A DNA stretch of 56,403 nucleotides, the filler included, from Sphacelaria rigidula (Eukaryota), in the NCBI GenBank assembly GCA_964200075.2. It is 6 parts of 6 records of this genome, joined end to end, with 100 filler letters (N's around TTAATTAATTAA, not from the genome) between each part and the next. Parts side by side here need not be neighbours in the genome. Positions count along the whole stretch, not along the records: positions 1 to 9,318 come from CAXNAA020008759.1; positions 9,419 to 18,736 come from CAXNAA020008760.1; 4 more parts are not named here. One strand, 5' to 3'. Position numbers and translations under genes: made by a program. Under the pieces are notes generated by a model, which saw only the letters and a program-made list of their open reading frames with translations, made no database searches and was not told the origin of the DNA. Shown piece after piece: positions 1 to 13,870 of this stretch. The stretch's first letter is position 1. Every line of letters begins with the position of its first letter.

Positions 1-119
1 TGTCTGACACACTTATGAGCCTCTTTTTTCGTGCAACCAAATACCCCCCCCCCTATCGTAGGATGACTCAGAACGTATAATTGCCGTGACAATGGAGGGG
101 CCAAGGTGTCAATCGATAC

Positions 120-1053
120 ATTTTATTGTTGGAACAGGCTCTGAATCGTCGCCACCAATGTCTGTTGCTAATCACAATCGGGTCTGCCACGCGGGCAGCA
201 ATACATGTTGTTGGTCACAATACAATATAATAAGTTGACCCCACCAATGTCTATTGAGGGTCACAATGGAATCTGAATCGCGGCCACCAATGTCTACCGC
301 TGGTCACAATGCAATCTGAATTGCGGCCACTAATATCTATTGCTGACCACAAAAGTAGCTAAATGGCGTCCATCACTCGCGCTATGTATGCACAAATTTC
401 GCTGTATGTTTCCACCTTATTCCACAGAAGCTATGGCCAGCTATCGCCCCAGGTCGTTACGTATTCATGTGTGAGGGGTATTGCCGTTGATGTCATGAGA
501 CCACTGTAGTGAGCAATCTTTCTTTCAAATCCTATCGTTGGCGTCACCGGTTATCGATAGGTGCTCCCGAGAACAATTGATTGTTGAGGGCCATGCCCAT
601 ATTGGTGAATACGAAAAAATGCATTGTTGGCGGCAGAGGCTACCGATACACGGCTAACTAAATCTATTGATGGCGGTAATAGGTATTGATAGATGGTTCA
701 CCTAATCTGTTGATGACCGCAATGACTATCGATGGATGGCTCACCAAGCCTATTGATAACGGCAATGACTATCGATGGATATCTCACCAAACATTTTGAT
801 AATCACAATGGCTATCGATATTTACAACCCAGAATCTATTGCGGCACACGATATCCATCGATGGCGAGTGATCTCCATTTCTTTTAATTGCCATAGGCTA
901 TCGATCGACTATTGCAACATCTTTTGCCCCTTGCGATACATATCAATAGATGTATTTCACCATCTATCGTGTTCGACAATACATATCGATAGATTTTCCC
1001 CCGTGTCTATTGCTGAAGAAGTGACTATTATTGTGTCCATTGTCCAGAGTGTG
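120..1053. mobile_element. Family B element, right portion with ~43-bp tandem subrepeats
   Basis: Colinear with 52860-53179 and ends in TGTCCAGAGTGTG; repeated units such as AATCTATTGATGACGGCAATGGCTATCGAT. Left boundary uncertain. Confidence 0.7.
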
Positions 1054-1290
1054 GTATGGATCAATTCCTTTGCTCGACCAAAATATATCGCTTCTAGGGC
1101 CTTCCATGCTGCATGCCCATCAGAAGGGATATTCAAACTAGAGCTGCCGCGGCTTTTAAATTCAAAAGAAACGGCTCGAAGTTTTGAAGCGCGTTGCACT
1201 ACAACAGTAGTGTTGTTCAACAACTCCACCGCGAAACCGATTCTCAACACAGCCACGGCGGAGGTGGCCATACAAGGCGTGATAGCTGGT
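1054..1290 (-). pseudogene. Possible Ty1/Copia gag remnant cut by the family B element
   Basis: SDGHAAWKALEAIY resembles the G-x-x-A-W-x-x-L-x-x-x-Y motif of copia gag; similarity stops at the family B terminus (1053). Confidence 0.4.
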
Positions 1291-4200
1291 TCAGACTAGA
1301 TGAAGCGCCTCGCATGGGCACTACTGGCGAAACAACCCCAGGCGTCGGACTAACCCTTACCCCCGTTGTGTGTGTCTGCAGCTTCGTCGTGGGGCACCCA
1401 TTTGATCTAACTGACCACTGTACTGTGGTGATGCTGTGCTGTGGTGATGGTATATCTCAGCAGACTGCTGAAGGACGCTGCCTTTCGAAGATCGTTGACG
1501 TCTGCCGCCGCATTGGATCGTTTCGCTGACGGCGGTCGTCGCCGGCGCAACAGTATGAAATTTATCTCAAATACACAACAAGAGGCGCTGGAAAACTCGA
1601 TGACTAGTCCAAAGAAGTCTGTTTTCAGCATGCTTTGTTACGTGTTCCGCAGCGCTTAGACGCAAGGGTTGCTCGATAGATGCGGCACAATGAATTAGGG
1701 CGGCTTTTCGGTTGGACTGCACAACATCATGCTTTCGCTCCAGGCTGTAACGAGTTGGGCACAGGGATATAGATACACACTGCAGTAGATGAGCATGATG
1801 TATGTCTTGTTGGTGGAAGTTTGAACTTGAGCAGCGGGGTATGGTGCGGGCAACAACCGGCGGCGGTTTACTGCATACACACCCATTGACGTTGCAGGCA
1901 GACAGATGGCCGCGTGTGCATTTGGTCGAAAACAGTCTGGGAGTTGATTGTAGCAGTTATTATTATTATATCCATCACATTAGCTCAATCTCTCGAACCC
2001 GTGGTCACAGAGTGCAAGGAGCATACGCGTACCACCAATATACCCATAACCCAAACAGCCCGCAGAAGAAGGCAAGAAACAAACATTTACACGAAAAAAA
2101 CGACAAGTGGCTATTGATCGCCAGGGTGGTGTCTTGCGTCCATTTTCAAGTCGAGATGTCTGGAGACGGCCTCCTCTTCCTACAACCGGCTCTAAAGTTG
2201 AACCCGTCGACCTCCGATTGGGTCATCTAGGTTCTGCATTATTTTTTCAAGTGGACAGTATGTCGATTCAGCATACGACGGACCCTGGGGTGAGTGACGC
2301 TTCTCCGTGTATTTCCGACGTATAAGCTCAAGTCGCAGCGGACGGAGGCTGTAGAGGCGGTACGGTGAACATGGCGGTACCAATAAAATCAACACAACAG
2401 GCGAAGAGAAGAGCATAATTCAGTCACCATGGTGTTTTATGTTCCAGTACACGCGCCATGTTCTTTACCTTGGCTTCCCTGTGCGGCTGTGTACACAAGC
2501 GGCGTCGCTTTTCTCAACAGAAAATGTCGGAGTACGTCACACTTGGACAAGCGCACGCACCGAACCAAAGTTCCTTCGCGACCGATTCAGACCTCCCCTG
2601 CGAGATTTCCCCCCCAGCCTACTCTGTCTGTGATTATTTTTTACTTGCATTGATTGGAAACGGCGCGTTGCTGGGGGCACTCCATCGAGGGATACATTTT
2701 GCTCGCGCGGCTCTCCACGGTTACGTGCGCGATTCAAGCGCCGATTGTTATATTGGGTGCCGCAAACCCCAACGCACCATACAGCACTGGCCATTTCACG
2801 GAACGTCCCGCGAACAGATCAGTGAGCCAAGACACATATATATATATATATATATATCACGATTCGAGTGTATGCGTTCAAAGCACTAAGACACGGCCAT
2901 CGCGACAAGGTGGGTGTGGATGGTGAGCAAGAATATATGGGATGTGAAAAGGGAGGGCATCGCCTGCACACGCGACTCACCCGTAAATAGATTGGATTCT
3001 AAAACCAAATGTTTCTGGGCGGAGCATCGCACGACAAAGAAGGAATAATGGATTTCTCGTCTTTGGTCGTTATGGTGTCCCCGAACAGTCCATTTACTTG
3101 TTTGCGCCCCGATTAGCATAGCAAACAGTAAAGTAGAACAGTGCAGCCCAGCACCGCACAGCACCGTACCGTACTATTCTAAAGGTGCCCATCTGTCCGG
3201 GAACTTTTTCACCGACGGATGTGACTCTCAGGAATATGTCGGCCTCTCTTCGGGTGTGGTAGTACGTCAAGTCAGTGACAAGCGGATCTATGGCATCTGC
3301 GGGGAAATGTGCCAGTTGATTCCATGTTGATCAGTTCGTGCAGGGTAGTTGCTGGCAGTTGATGCCCCGACCGCGCCGCTACTCGCCGTGGCTGGAGGGA
3401 GTGACGCGCGAGTGGTAGATTTTGCCAGTGCCGTGAGGGGCGGGCTTCCGAAGAAAATGAAACCAAAGAGCCTGTTGGATTTTGGTCGCTGCCCGCTCAG
3501 TCTCTCGCCCTCTGTGGATGAAATCGGTATATCATCATCATCATCAGAAGAAACAAACGGTATGCTGAGGTATAATAGTGTTACGAGAGCTGCAGGTCCA
3601 AAATGATTGGAAGAGTGAAGAGCGCACACACCTGAGTCATTTGTCAATCTATCCGGTGAAGATTTTGGGTATGAAAAAACAATTTGAGATGCCTTGGTTT
3701 GCGTAGAACAAACTCCCGTGGTCTCCAAGCTCTCACCATCGCGACACAAAACAAACAACTACCTTGTACCGATCGATCGTTTGTCCACCTCCTCCTGACA
3801 GGTAGTGAAACATCCGCATCACTTGGGCCGCCATCCCTTCCAAAACATGCCACGGCCAAGGTCTCGAGTAATCCAAATCGACCAACTTCGAAGCTGCAGT
3901 ACCAATGGACGACTCGAGGGCGAAGGGGGCCACTAGACCAGTCTACGGGAAACATGCCGCGGCTGCAGTATTTGGTATGTCGGAGGCGCTAGGCACCCCC
4001 GCTGATGAGTTGTTGGCATTAGGGGGTGGCAGAGGGACGTGACGAAAATCAGAGCGCTGGGTGTAAGTACCCACAAAGTCGACCAGACGGGAAGGGCGTG
4101 ACCTGTGGAGTCTCGATTACGTTGACATCTGTAGAAATTACACACATGAGTTTTTACCTTCGATGCACCCGCCAATGATTGTCAACGAAGTCAACACGGC

Positions 4201-7200
4201 CCCGCACGAAGGCGAGGGAGCTGCCAGCGATAGACCTGCGGTGGTAGGTTTCACCTCCATCTTCCGAGGTCAAGAGAAGACAGCAGTAGATTTGGGATAT
4301 CTTGTTTGAATGTAATTGTTAAGATACGTTTCGAACTGTAGCCACGTAGCGATGCATGGGGCAAGTGCATCATATATGCGGGGACTTTCAAACAGGTGCG
4401 TATGGGACTCCATGCCTACAGAACAGTACTTTTGCATTGACGCGACCGCTCCTAAGGCAACATATATTCGCCCCAACTAACATCGCCTCAAGGGCTGGTA
4501 ACTATCGGAAGAGGAACCCGCTGCATGCTCTCGTATCATCATCTAGACGGAACGAAAAAAACAAGGAACTACCCAAACCTTGAAAGTGAATATGGGGTGT
4601 CAGCCGAGCAGCGTAAGGTTGCATTGCAGCACACGAATCGGAGGAGGGCAGAATAATTAGAAGCTTTACAACCTCCCACGGGAGCACCGGCAACCGCATC
4701 CCCAGCCAACTCGAAATAAATTTCTTTTGGAGGGTCGACGAAAGGTTTTTCATACCAGACTCGTTGTGCTCCTCAAAACCAACACTCTCTACGCCCCCGC
4801 ATCAAAATCGAACGGGCAAAAGAGGAAGGAGAAGGCATGTTTACACGATGCCACCGCTGAGATCGACCCAGGTCAGGCTACAGACGTCGACACCTCATCG
4901 CTGGCGGCGCCTGAACAAAAGGAGGTAGAATCGACGACAACGAATCGGGCATACAGCGGGGAGGCAAGTGGTCCGGAAGGCTAGATGCTCTTGGTGCTGG
5001 TCCCGGTGAATATCGGGAGCGCGATGAAAGAGGAATATTATCGCTTCGACGGAGTACTCCACAGGGCCCTCCGCGAAGCGCGGCAGCTGTCGGGAGGAGC
5101 AGTTGGGGTCTAGCCCGGCGAGTAAAGGCAGAGAGCGAGGACGACCTAGTCGGGGCTGTGGTCACGATATGTATGATATCACCTTCCCTTTTTTCCACGG
5201 CGCATGCTGCAGTAGCTCGCGTTGTGGCCGCGCGCACGAGCCGGCGGTTCGCCTGTGCAGTTCATGGCACCGGCAAGGCCCAGGTCGGAGCTAGGCGTGG
5301 CGTTTTCTCACTGTGGCACGCCTAGCGGAGGCGTGTATTTTGAGAATCGTTTGCGGATGACGTTCGTGATCGCTCACGAGCGCCTTTGTAGAACAACCGA
5401 CCCATTTTAAACCCCATATACAGCCAGGAGGATTGTTAATGCGCCTTTTTGAGCGACAACGGCGCATCAGCGGCAAGCAGAAGACCACCTCCAGCCGTTC
5501 GCGTTGTTCCACACCCGCCACTGTAGGTCTTACGCCAGACCTAACTCCTGCCGAACCGGAATTCGTCCAAGAAGAGGTCGTTCAAGTGATAGCCGAGCTC
5601 GAGATGGAGCACTTTGTGATAATGGAGGATGTTCAGTCATGACGAAGAGAAGCGACGGTCAGAGTAATCGCTCGAGCTGTTCTCGACAGTCGCACGAGGA
5701 AGCAACATATACTGATCACAACGACAGTGGCGAGATGCGGCACAGTCCACGTCACGGTGAATGAGATGACCGGGGCTGCGGCTGATGCAAGGAACGGTCG
5801 ACAGAATTCATTCAACTGGTACTGGTGGTCTCTGACCCCGAAGTTCACGACGTGCGTGCGAAAAAGCAAGAACTAGGCGCTATTAGTCTCCCACATCAAC
5901 ACCCAGCCCAGAATGATTCGCTCCGAGCATCCGCGCTCAACTGTGTTGCAGCTCAAGAGTGGGCGGATGAGAAACGGGTTCTGGTCATATCGGCTCGGTC
6001 TATCCTTAGGATGGGGATCGAACGTAGGGCTTAACTGCAAAACGTCTCGGGAAAGGGGGCTGAGTAACATAATGCAGACTTACGAGTAAAGTTGAACATC
6101 AACCCCACAGATAATTTCCTGACGCATGATACACTGCTTGTACCGTTTGACTGTACCAGGCAATGACCCCGACTTGGCTTTGTTGCCGGAGAGGACGCGA
6201 CCAGAGCGACCGTGGGGGTGTCCATGGATACGTCTGGCGAGTGGATGGTGGTTGCTATTGACATGTCGGCGGGGCGAGGTGGGGGGGGGTGTACTCATGA
6301 TCATGCATGCCATAGTCATAAGACCATTGTGAGGTGGGGGGGGCGGGAGCGGTGGACGCCAGTGAGGGCTCGGGTGGTGGTGCAGCATACCGAGCACAGA
6401 GTGAACAAGGCGACGGAGTGCAGGCCACGGCTCGACGACAAGGCATACGGCCTCGAGACAAAACTTCGTGGAGGAAAAGAGGTGAGTTGAGGGGCTTCCG
6501 AACATCGTCAAGACCATGTCTGGGCAAGAAATTAGAGCGATACTTGACTTCAAGTTGGCGCAGGTGTTAGAAACGCACGCGACACCCAGGAAAGTCATGG
6601 ATTCCCTCGCCGATCATGAACTCTGCTTGGCAGGCCCATGCGATGCAAGCGTGAGCAGCACTTTCCGAGGGTCAGAGTGGACAAATACCTGTTGTCCCTT
6701 GCGCCTAGTGCAGGTGCGATCCTGTGGGACAACGCGATGTTGAGTACCCACAGCGGTTGCTCGGGGTGGGGCGCACGTGTGGGCTATAGCCGCGGCCGGC
6801 GTGACTGTGGGAATTTCGCTTGGTACTCTGTCACGCACACAGAAACACCGAAGACAACGAGAGCTGGTGGACGTGGATATCAAGACGGGGGGCTTGCCTG
6901 GCACCGGACGGAGGGTAGTGGGGGCGTTACCTCTCCGCATTCGACGAAGCAGCATCCCGATGCGCGGTGGCACTGATTGTAGTCGAAGGTAGCAATAGCA
7001 ACACGTGCTTGGAATTTGAACTGCAGAACGTGACTCGAGGTGTCTCTTTTCCCGCTCAGTTAGCCTGATAATCCATCCAACTCGCCTATGCCTCCTCCTA
7101 GAATATCCATGAGGCCTCTTGTGTGACAACATGGCCATTTCCTGTCGCGAGGCACGTGCGCCATCCCTGCGCGTATTACGAGGAGTATATTTAATCGCGA

Positions 7201-9318
7201 CGTGGTGCACACACATAGTCCTGCGTTCGCAGAAGGTGGTTGCTCCCTCTGTGAGAACAGCGAGGGAATAGTATGTAGATATCTAAATCGTATCCTCCCT
7301 ACCTCACCCTGTCGTATATACCTCCTAGGTATTACACACGATGCAGAGGAAGCCGCAGGTATTCAAGTTTGCTCATGCAGTTGGGTAGTGCAAGAGTTAA
7401 GCCGACTCTGAAGTCGTCGTTGACGGTCTCCCCCACATACGGGGCGTCGACGAGAGGGGCGAAGCGGCAGCATACACGGTCGTCAGCGACGAGAAAACGC
7501 AGCGGTTCATGCACCACCTCATGTGCAACCCCAGCCAGTACCACTGGCTTCGGATATTCGTACGTGATTGACATCTCCTTCATCACATGGAAAAACGTCC
7601 ATGGAGCACTGTTGGGGGGGGGGGAAGGGGAGGGGCAGAGTACATCGCAGAGGCAATATGTTCGCAGAGAAAAGTCTGCAAGGAGCAAGTACCGTGTGGC
7701 GCATCATCTTATCAGCGTGTTCTTCGAAGCATTGTAGGACAAAGTCAATGTACTACTCCGAGCTCATCCTTGGCATGTAGCAAACCGGTATTGGAGCCGC
7801 GGTGGGTGCGGCCGCATCATTATCGGGAGCCACCGGAGCAGCAATACCGGGCAGTTGTGAGAGACGCGTCGCAGGAAGCTCATCATATACCTTGTGTTGG
7901 GGAGCCGTGTGGACGCGAGGGCGGAGTGGTGATGGGAGGGAGAATATATTCGAGAACATATCCGGACAGCCGCGACTCTTATGATCAACTGTGGGTCAAA
8001 CAAAGTCTTCCACCTGGATGTAGATTGACGATTAAGATTTAGGGTGCAGCGGGGCGGAGAGAGATGACTGAACATCGGAAGCGAGCAATAATCGTGATGA
8101 TTTCGCATTTTGATTGAGTCTTTTCGGGAGAACTGAAGAGTTCCTCTCCGCAGCTAGTTTAAACAGGGCTAATATTCAAGGGTGTCTTGTCCAGGGTGTA
8201 TTTGCTCGACCGAGCTTAGGGTACCAAAGTCGTGATACACGGCACGTGCATGGTGAGATGCGTCCCTGGGCGCACCAGTGGACAGGGCGTGGTATAACGA
8301 CGTCCTGGGCAAATCATCGGCTGTGCGTGAGGCTCAGGACGAATCCGAACTCATCGATGGCATCCATCGTCATTCTTGTCAAGATTGTGCAGCACAGCAA
8401 CGGATGCGCATCGACCGTGGTCGCTAGCTGCTTTCTCCCCGACTTTGTGTCAGCGTGCGAAGTTCTGAGTTTCATCGGCAGGACGAACGTGCTGAACGCC
8501 GAAAAACGATTCCGCAGCACGCGCTTGATCGCTCACTCCTAGACGTGCTTCATGCTTAACCGTCTGCACCCAACTGGACAGGAAATGTAACCACCTGTCC
8601 CTCAAACTGCAAATCGATTACATTTTACAAACTGGTTGATTTGATGCCGACAGCTTGCCGTCACACTGACAACAGGAGAGGACATCAGTAGTACGCGTAC
8701 GCGTGCTATACCTTGCGCGGCGATCTCCGACGCACGCTTCACGTGTTACTGGCGGAAACCTACCCTGACAATTGCATGTACGAGGCCATATTTTGTGGTC
8801 AAACCGATTTTTTTCGGATGGTTTTTCATGCAATAATCCAATCGGCCACAATGGCGTTTTTGGTGTGTTTTCGCCGCTGTGCCGAAGCGAACGATGAGAA
8901 AAACTTGACCATCACCACCACTGGAAAAAATATGATGGCCGCGGTCCACACCATGCCCCAAGAATCAGTGTGCTGATCTAGTGCCGGTACGTTAGTCGGC
9001 TCCAATCGCCGCTGTGTGAGGGAACTTGTGGGCTGTAAGGATATTGGCTATGGCCCAGCGTCATGGGGACACCAAAAAAATCCCACGACTATCGATTGGC
9101 TTCTCGCAAAAAACATCCAAAATGAAAAATAATCAAATAAACTATAACAAATGAACTGGCTACGGGAGAAGATATCCCCGAGCGCAAGAACCACCTGAGC
9201 ACGGCACAAAGGCTACCTCCTCATCTTGGATGTCACCCCCCCCCCCCCCCCCCCCCCCCCCCCCACCCCCACACCACCACCCCCCCCCGACAAAAACACA
9301 CACACAACCGTTCGATCG

Positions 9319-9418
9319 NNNNNNNNNNNNNNNNNNNNNNNNNNNNNNNNNNNNNNNNNNNNTTAATTAATTAANNNNNNNNNNNNNNNNNNNNNNNNNN
9401 NNNNNNNNNNNNNNNNNN
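9319..9418. other. Artificial assembly linker
   Basis: N44-TTAATTAATTAA-N44 (stop codons in all frames). Confidence 0.98.
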
Positions 9419-11192
9419 CCCCCCGTGCTCTGCCCCCGGTTTCATCCTCCTGCTTTCCCCCCCCCCCCCTCTGTTCGTGATGCTGTGGGGGGGGGGGGGG
9501 GGGGGGGGGGGTGAGGATACCGTTGGTGACAGATCACGGATACATCGAGTAGCTCTTCGTATACTACGAGGAGAGCATAAAGTATATGATGACAAGTAGT
9601 GGGGGTCTTGTCCTTTATCTTTTTCAGAACTCTTCATTCTGTGTGAACGCTGAGCAAGGACTCGTCTTAGCTCTTTGACGACGAGCAGAAGTCACCTGTC
9701 GAACCAGTATGAATTTCGAGTTCACTTGAAAACTTACTCCATGACCAAATGATCTACCCTCGCGGTCATGATTTACCCTCGCGGTCAAAGGGTCCAGGAA
9801 AAAAAAATGGGCATGAGATTGCCAACATGATCATGAGAGTGTCGGCCCTAAAACCTCATCGTCACGACAAACCACCCATCTTTCCTCTGGACGGCAAGGA
9901 AAATGAAATGAAGTCGTGGCAACATGCGAAGAGAGGAGTCCGTCACACGCAAACACCCCCACTGCTACTGGTGACAAAGCTGCTAGGGCCTTCTGGGCCA
10001 TCATTAGTCGTTCCTTTTCGCATGATCATCGAATTCTTCGCCCGTTCTTACAAAAATAACGTCAAAAATGCACAATTTTGACGAGAGTGAGGAGCGATGA
10101 TCATGGAACAACATTTCTCCACCAATCAGAAGAATGGGGAGAAAAAAAAAGCTGAACCGCCAGTCCCGTTCATTTTCTCATTTTGACGATCTCATTCTCA
10201 TTTTTTTTTGTCGATACGGCCCCGTCTTATGGAGAGAAAACAAAAAGAGAGAACGCACGGTGATGATGAGGATGATTCTGGAGGTTTACTTTTTTTTTTT
10301 GCCCTTCTGATTGTTGTTGGGTTGATGTTCCGTTCTCATCGCCTCCGGAAACATCATCACATAAAATTACTACCATCCGTTTTGGAATTACAAAATTGAG
10401 AACGGAGAAACAACCGGATGAAAACACACAATGGGGCGTAAAATGGTCATCACGCGTGACACGCTTGGCTCACCATGAGGTGCACAGCTCGCTTTCCCAT
10501 CAGCAGTTAACACGGTTCGCGTGTTGTCAGTTTCTCACCGGGTGATTTCTCGTGATTATGAAATTGCAAATTGTCAGAGTAGTTCTCCGTATCATCATGC
10601 AGTCTCCCTTTTCTATGCCCTGGTTTAAGACGGTGCCGAAGTTAACCATAATATTTCACTATGACAAGAGCACACGAAGAAGTGTGGAATAAAAGAAAAA
10701 GAAGCGTACGAATTCGCTTCAACTGCAGCTCTCACTCTTGCGACCAGAAAAAAAAAAAAACTCACATCGTGGACATTCGCTGCAAGGAATTCCTCTTTAC
10801 GGCTTATGCTGCCGCTCAACGCCCTCCACCACGTGTAGATCAGGGAAGACTTTCCCGACCCTGAAAGAGGCACACGGGTAGAAAAATGAAGGACACGATC
10901 GTCAACCAAGCACCCCAAGAGTTGCTTCGGTTTGTTCGGTGTGCGACAGTATGGAATCTATTGTCTATTGCAATGGACGCGATAGTCAACACTGTACGTA
11001 GTACACTTTTCGACAGTGCAATATATCGTCGTTGTACAGGGTGCGGAATTTGTAAGCCTCAGAGCGAGCTACAGCTATCGGGACCCCGATTTCGTCATCG
11101 CTGGGCCGAATGCAGCACTCACACACAGCGGCCGGTTTAAAAGCTGACCCTTGCATCGAAAAAGCAAAAGGCCCTCCCCTTGAGCAATGCTA

Positions 11193-11427
11193 CGGTAGGG
11201 GTGCACTTTTTTCGTGAAATTATGTCTAGTTCAGGGGCTCCTCACGATTCTAGATGCGCGAAAATATGGATCAGGGCATCCCCGCTTGCAAATTTATTCG
11301 GGATATCTCTAGCACATCGGAAAAGTAATCCTGGCGTACTTTCACATATTTTCATAGGTCGTGTTTTGCATGAGATAAAGAGCTCCTAACAATTCTAACC
11401 TCAGAAAATATTTCTGCACCCCTACCG
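11193..11427. mobile_element. Tc1/mariner-like MITE family C
   Basis: TIR CGGTAGGGGTGCA...TGCACCCCTACCG flanked by TA; homologous to 23947-24180. Confidence 0.7.
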
Positions 11428-12569
11428 TAGCACCACTCCCTTTTTTTCCTCCAGTCACACTTGAAACACCTGCCTTTCTCGGGCGAGTTCGTAGCCTGCA
11501 GAAATATATACACACAAATATATCAATCCATCTCTCTCAGAGTACCCGACCTATATTCTGGTATATCGCGGATTGGACCAGCACCCCCACTTAGTTTCGG
11601 CTCTGGTCTACTACTGATTTTGCCACTCACGTCCTCACGCTTCTAGAGGCGGAAACCAGACTCTGCTAACAGAATCGTATCTGCGGCGAGTCGATTCCGC
11701 AACCGCTCGCCCTGGATGATGACTGCTGTGAACCGGCTAGACCACCGGGGGGGGGTTGCAGTATAGGCATTATTCTTGAAAATTATACACGGCGTGCGTC
11801 ATTTTGATTGTACAGGTAGACATGCAGACGCTTTTCGCAGCAGGCTCTATTCTCGAAAGTCATGCACGGCCTGCCTCATCACGACCGTACAGAGAGACAT
11901 ACAGGCGCTTTTCGGAGACAGTTCGTAGTCGTACATCTGAACGAGCCAAGCACAGGTGAAAATCAAGACCTGACTCATTTCACGGGCATACATGAATATA
12001 CTACCCCACCTACAGGGGGGACACACTACGACCAGGGGTCTAGTCTGTCGAGGACTCACAGCCTCCTAACGCACCGACGACAATTTTTTCAAGGCTTGAT
12101 ATCGTGTACGAAAAATGGGTGCATCGTAGGGGGTGTTAATCAACATCACCGGTGGGACCGAGGAGAATGATGTTGATGGACTTCGGTATGCCCTTTGCCG
12201 CTGGTGTGGGTCGTTGAGCTTTGTCTTCCCAGGGGGGTAGAGGGGCGCCAAAGTTGTGTATCTTGGTCCGTGTCCGGCGCGCGAATGCCTCGGGTCCCCA
12301 AGTCTTGGGAGGGACAGGAGGCAGGGGGGCAGGGGGGGAGGATTGTGATCGAAAATATAAATAAATATCATACATATTAACATGTAACCACGGCTGGGTC
12401 CGTGGGCCATCAGTTAAGCTGCGGCAATCAAACGATCAATGTGTGTATGTTGAAATTCATTGTTCAAAGTAAAATTATCAGCCTACCCTCGTTGGCGAAA
12501 TACCTCATACCAGCTATTGCCTGTGGTATTTTTCAGGGTTGTGCTGTGTAGGGTACGGCTTTCTGTATA

Positions 12570-13020
12570 CCCGGGGTAATTTCCCGGGTATTTACCGTAC
12601 CCGACACTTTCATACCGGTATTCGACAGTTCTGTAAAGTCTGTAAGACTTTCATACCCTTACCAGAATAGTTTTGTGGGTTCCGTACATTACGTACCGTT
12701 ACCGGAGGCACGGGTACGCTCTTTATATGATACCCGGTTGCGGGTACGGTTTTCCGGGCAGCCTCTGTACCCAGCACAACAGTTTCTGCAAGTTTTGTAC
12801 GCCTCCCACACCCTTACCCGGAGCGCGGGTAGGCCCTTGAAGAAATACACGATTGTCCGTACGGTTTTCCGTAAGCCTTCTATACTGTCCCCGACAAATT
12901 CTGTAATATCTGGAAGACTTTCAAACGCGTACCTGACAATCTTGTAATTTCTGCAAGACTTTCATACCGGTAACCGATATTTCAGTAAGTTCTGTGAGGA
13001 ATCCCATACCCTACAGAACA
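12570..13020. repeat. TACCCG/TTCTGTAAG-rich dispersed repeat, probably a non-autonomous DNA transposon
   Basis: Terminus CC(G/A)GGGGTA...CCCGGGTATT...CCGTACCCGACA is shared, inverted, with 42505-42705. Confidence 0.55.
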
Positions 13021-13121
13021 TACGACCTTGAATTTTTTCACGTATCCGTAATGCATGTATGCCAGATTTGAACAGCCTTTTGAGGGACTTGGGGGAGTAG
13101 GTACAATGCATAAACAGAATG

Positions 13122-13326
13122 CAAGGGTAGGTCGAGTAGAGTATACTCAATTGCAGGGTATTTCAAAAGTCGCACTTAAAGTAAACAAATTGAGGGTAGG
13201 GTCTTAGGAATCGCTTCCCAGTTATTTTTTGGGTAGGACTCCTCAAACTCTACCCTAATTTGAGTACCTTAAACGCGTCCTTCAAAATACCCCGCAATTG
13301 AGTATACTCTACTCGACCTGCCCTTG
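13122..13326. mobile_element. hAT-type MITE family A (~205 bp)
   Basis: ~45-bp TIR CAAGGG(C/T)AGGTCGAGTAGAGTATACTCAATTGC; perfect 8-bp TSD ACAGAATG. Confidence 0.9.
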
Positions 13327-13624
13327 ACAGAATGTGCTCTTACGGCAAGCATAACAAAAGCAAAACTCGGGCGGCTCGGGAGGTCAAGGACTTGGATGTG
13401 TGAGGCGTTCATCGCAAGCTAAATGCGAACGGGTTTTGTCGCCTTATATAGACACGCCAAACAATGGTGATGAGCTTGCCTCGTCCTATGTAGCTAGTCT
13501 TTACGCTATTGTAGCAAGGTTGTGAGTCATCATCGCCTTTTGGGCGGCCATGTTGCGACCTGTCGAAAACCTCGGAAGGCCCATTAGTATCAACACTATA
13601 TTTTCGTGGATCTCCGCGATTTTC

Positions 13625-13870
13625 CAGATATACACGTTACACGTTTACGTTACGTTCATCACGTAAAAAAAAATAACGTTCACGTTACGTTACGTATGTC
13701 ACGTAAAAAAAAGTTACCGTTACGTTCATCACGTGAAACAAAATTAAGTCCACGTTGCGTTTCGCGAGATCGGAATAATGTGCGGAAATAATAATAATAA
13801 TGCGTTTCGGCCAAAACGTGACGTGAACGTAACGTGTAACGCTGTGGTACGTGTAACGTGTATATCCCTG
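13625..13870. mobile_element. ACGT-rich hAT-like MITE
   Basis: Ends CAGATATACACGTTACACGT and ACGTGTAACGTGTATATCCCTG; flanks CGATTTTC and AAATTTTC (degenerate 8-bp TSD); dense internal ACGT motifs. Confidence 0.65.

Noticed and set aside
240-820. CRISPR-like regularly spaced repeats
   Set aside because: Units are degenerate tandem repeats without unique spacers, lie inside a TIR element, and no cas genes are present in this eukaryotic DNA.
775-1299. 174-aa plus-strand ORF
   Set aside because: Reads through family B repeats and antisense to the possible gag relic; no coding signature.
4650-4740. Possible Copia RT fragment on minus strand (KEIYFEL...EVVKL)
   Set aside because: Too short and requires a frameshift; flanking RT motifs not found.
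9363-9374. TTAATTAATTAA recurring every ~9418 bp, superficially a regular array
   Set aside because: Always embedded in N44 runs; it is a synthetic contig linker.
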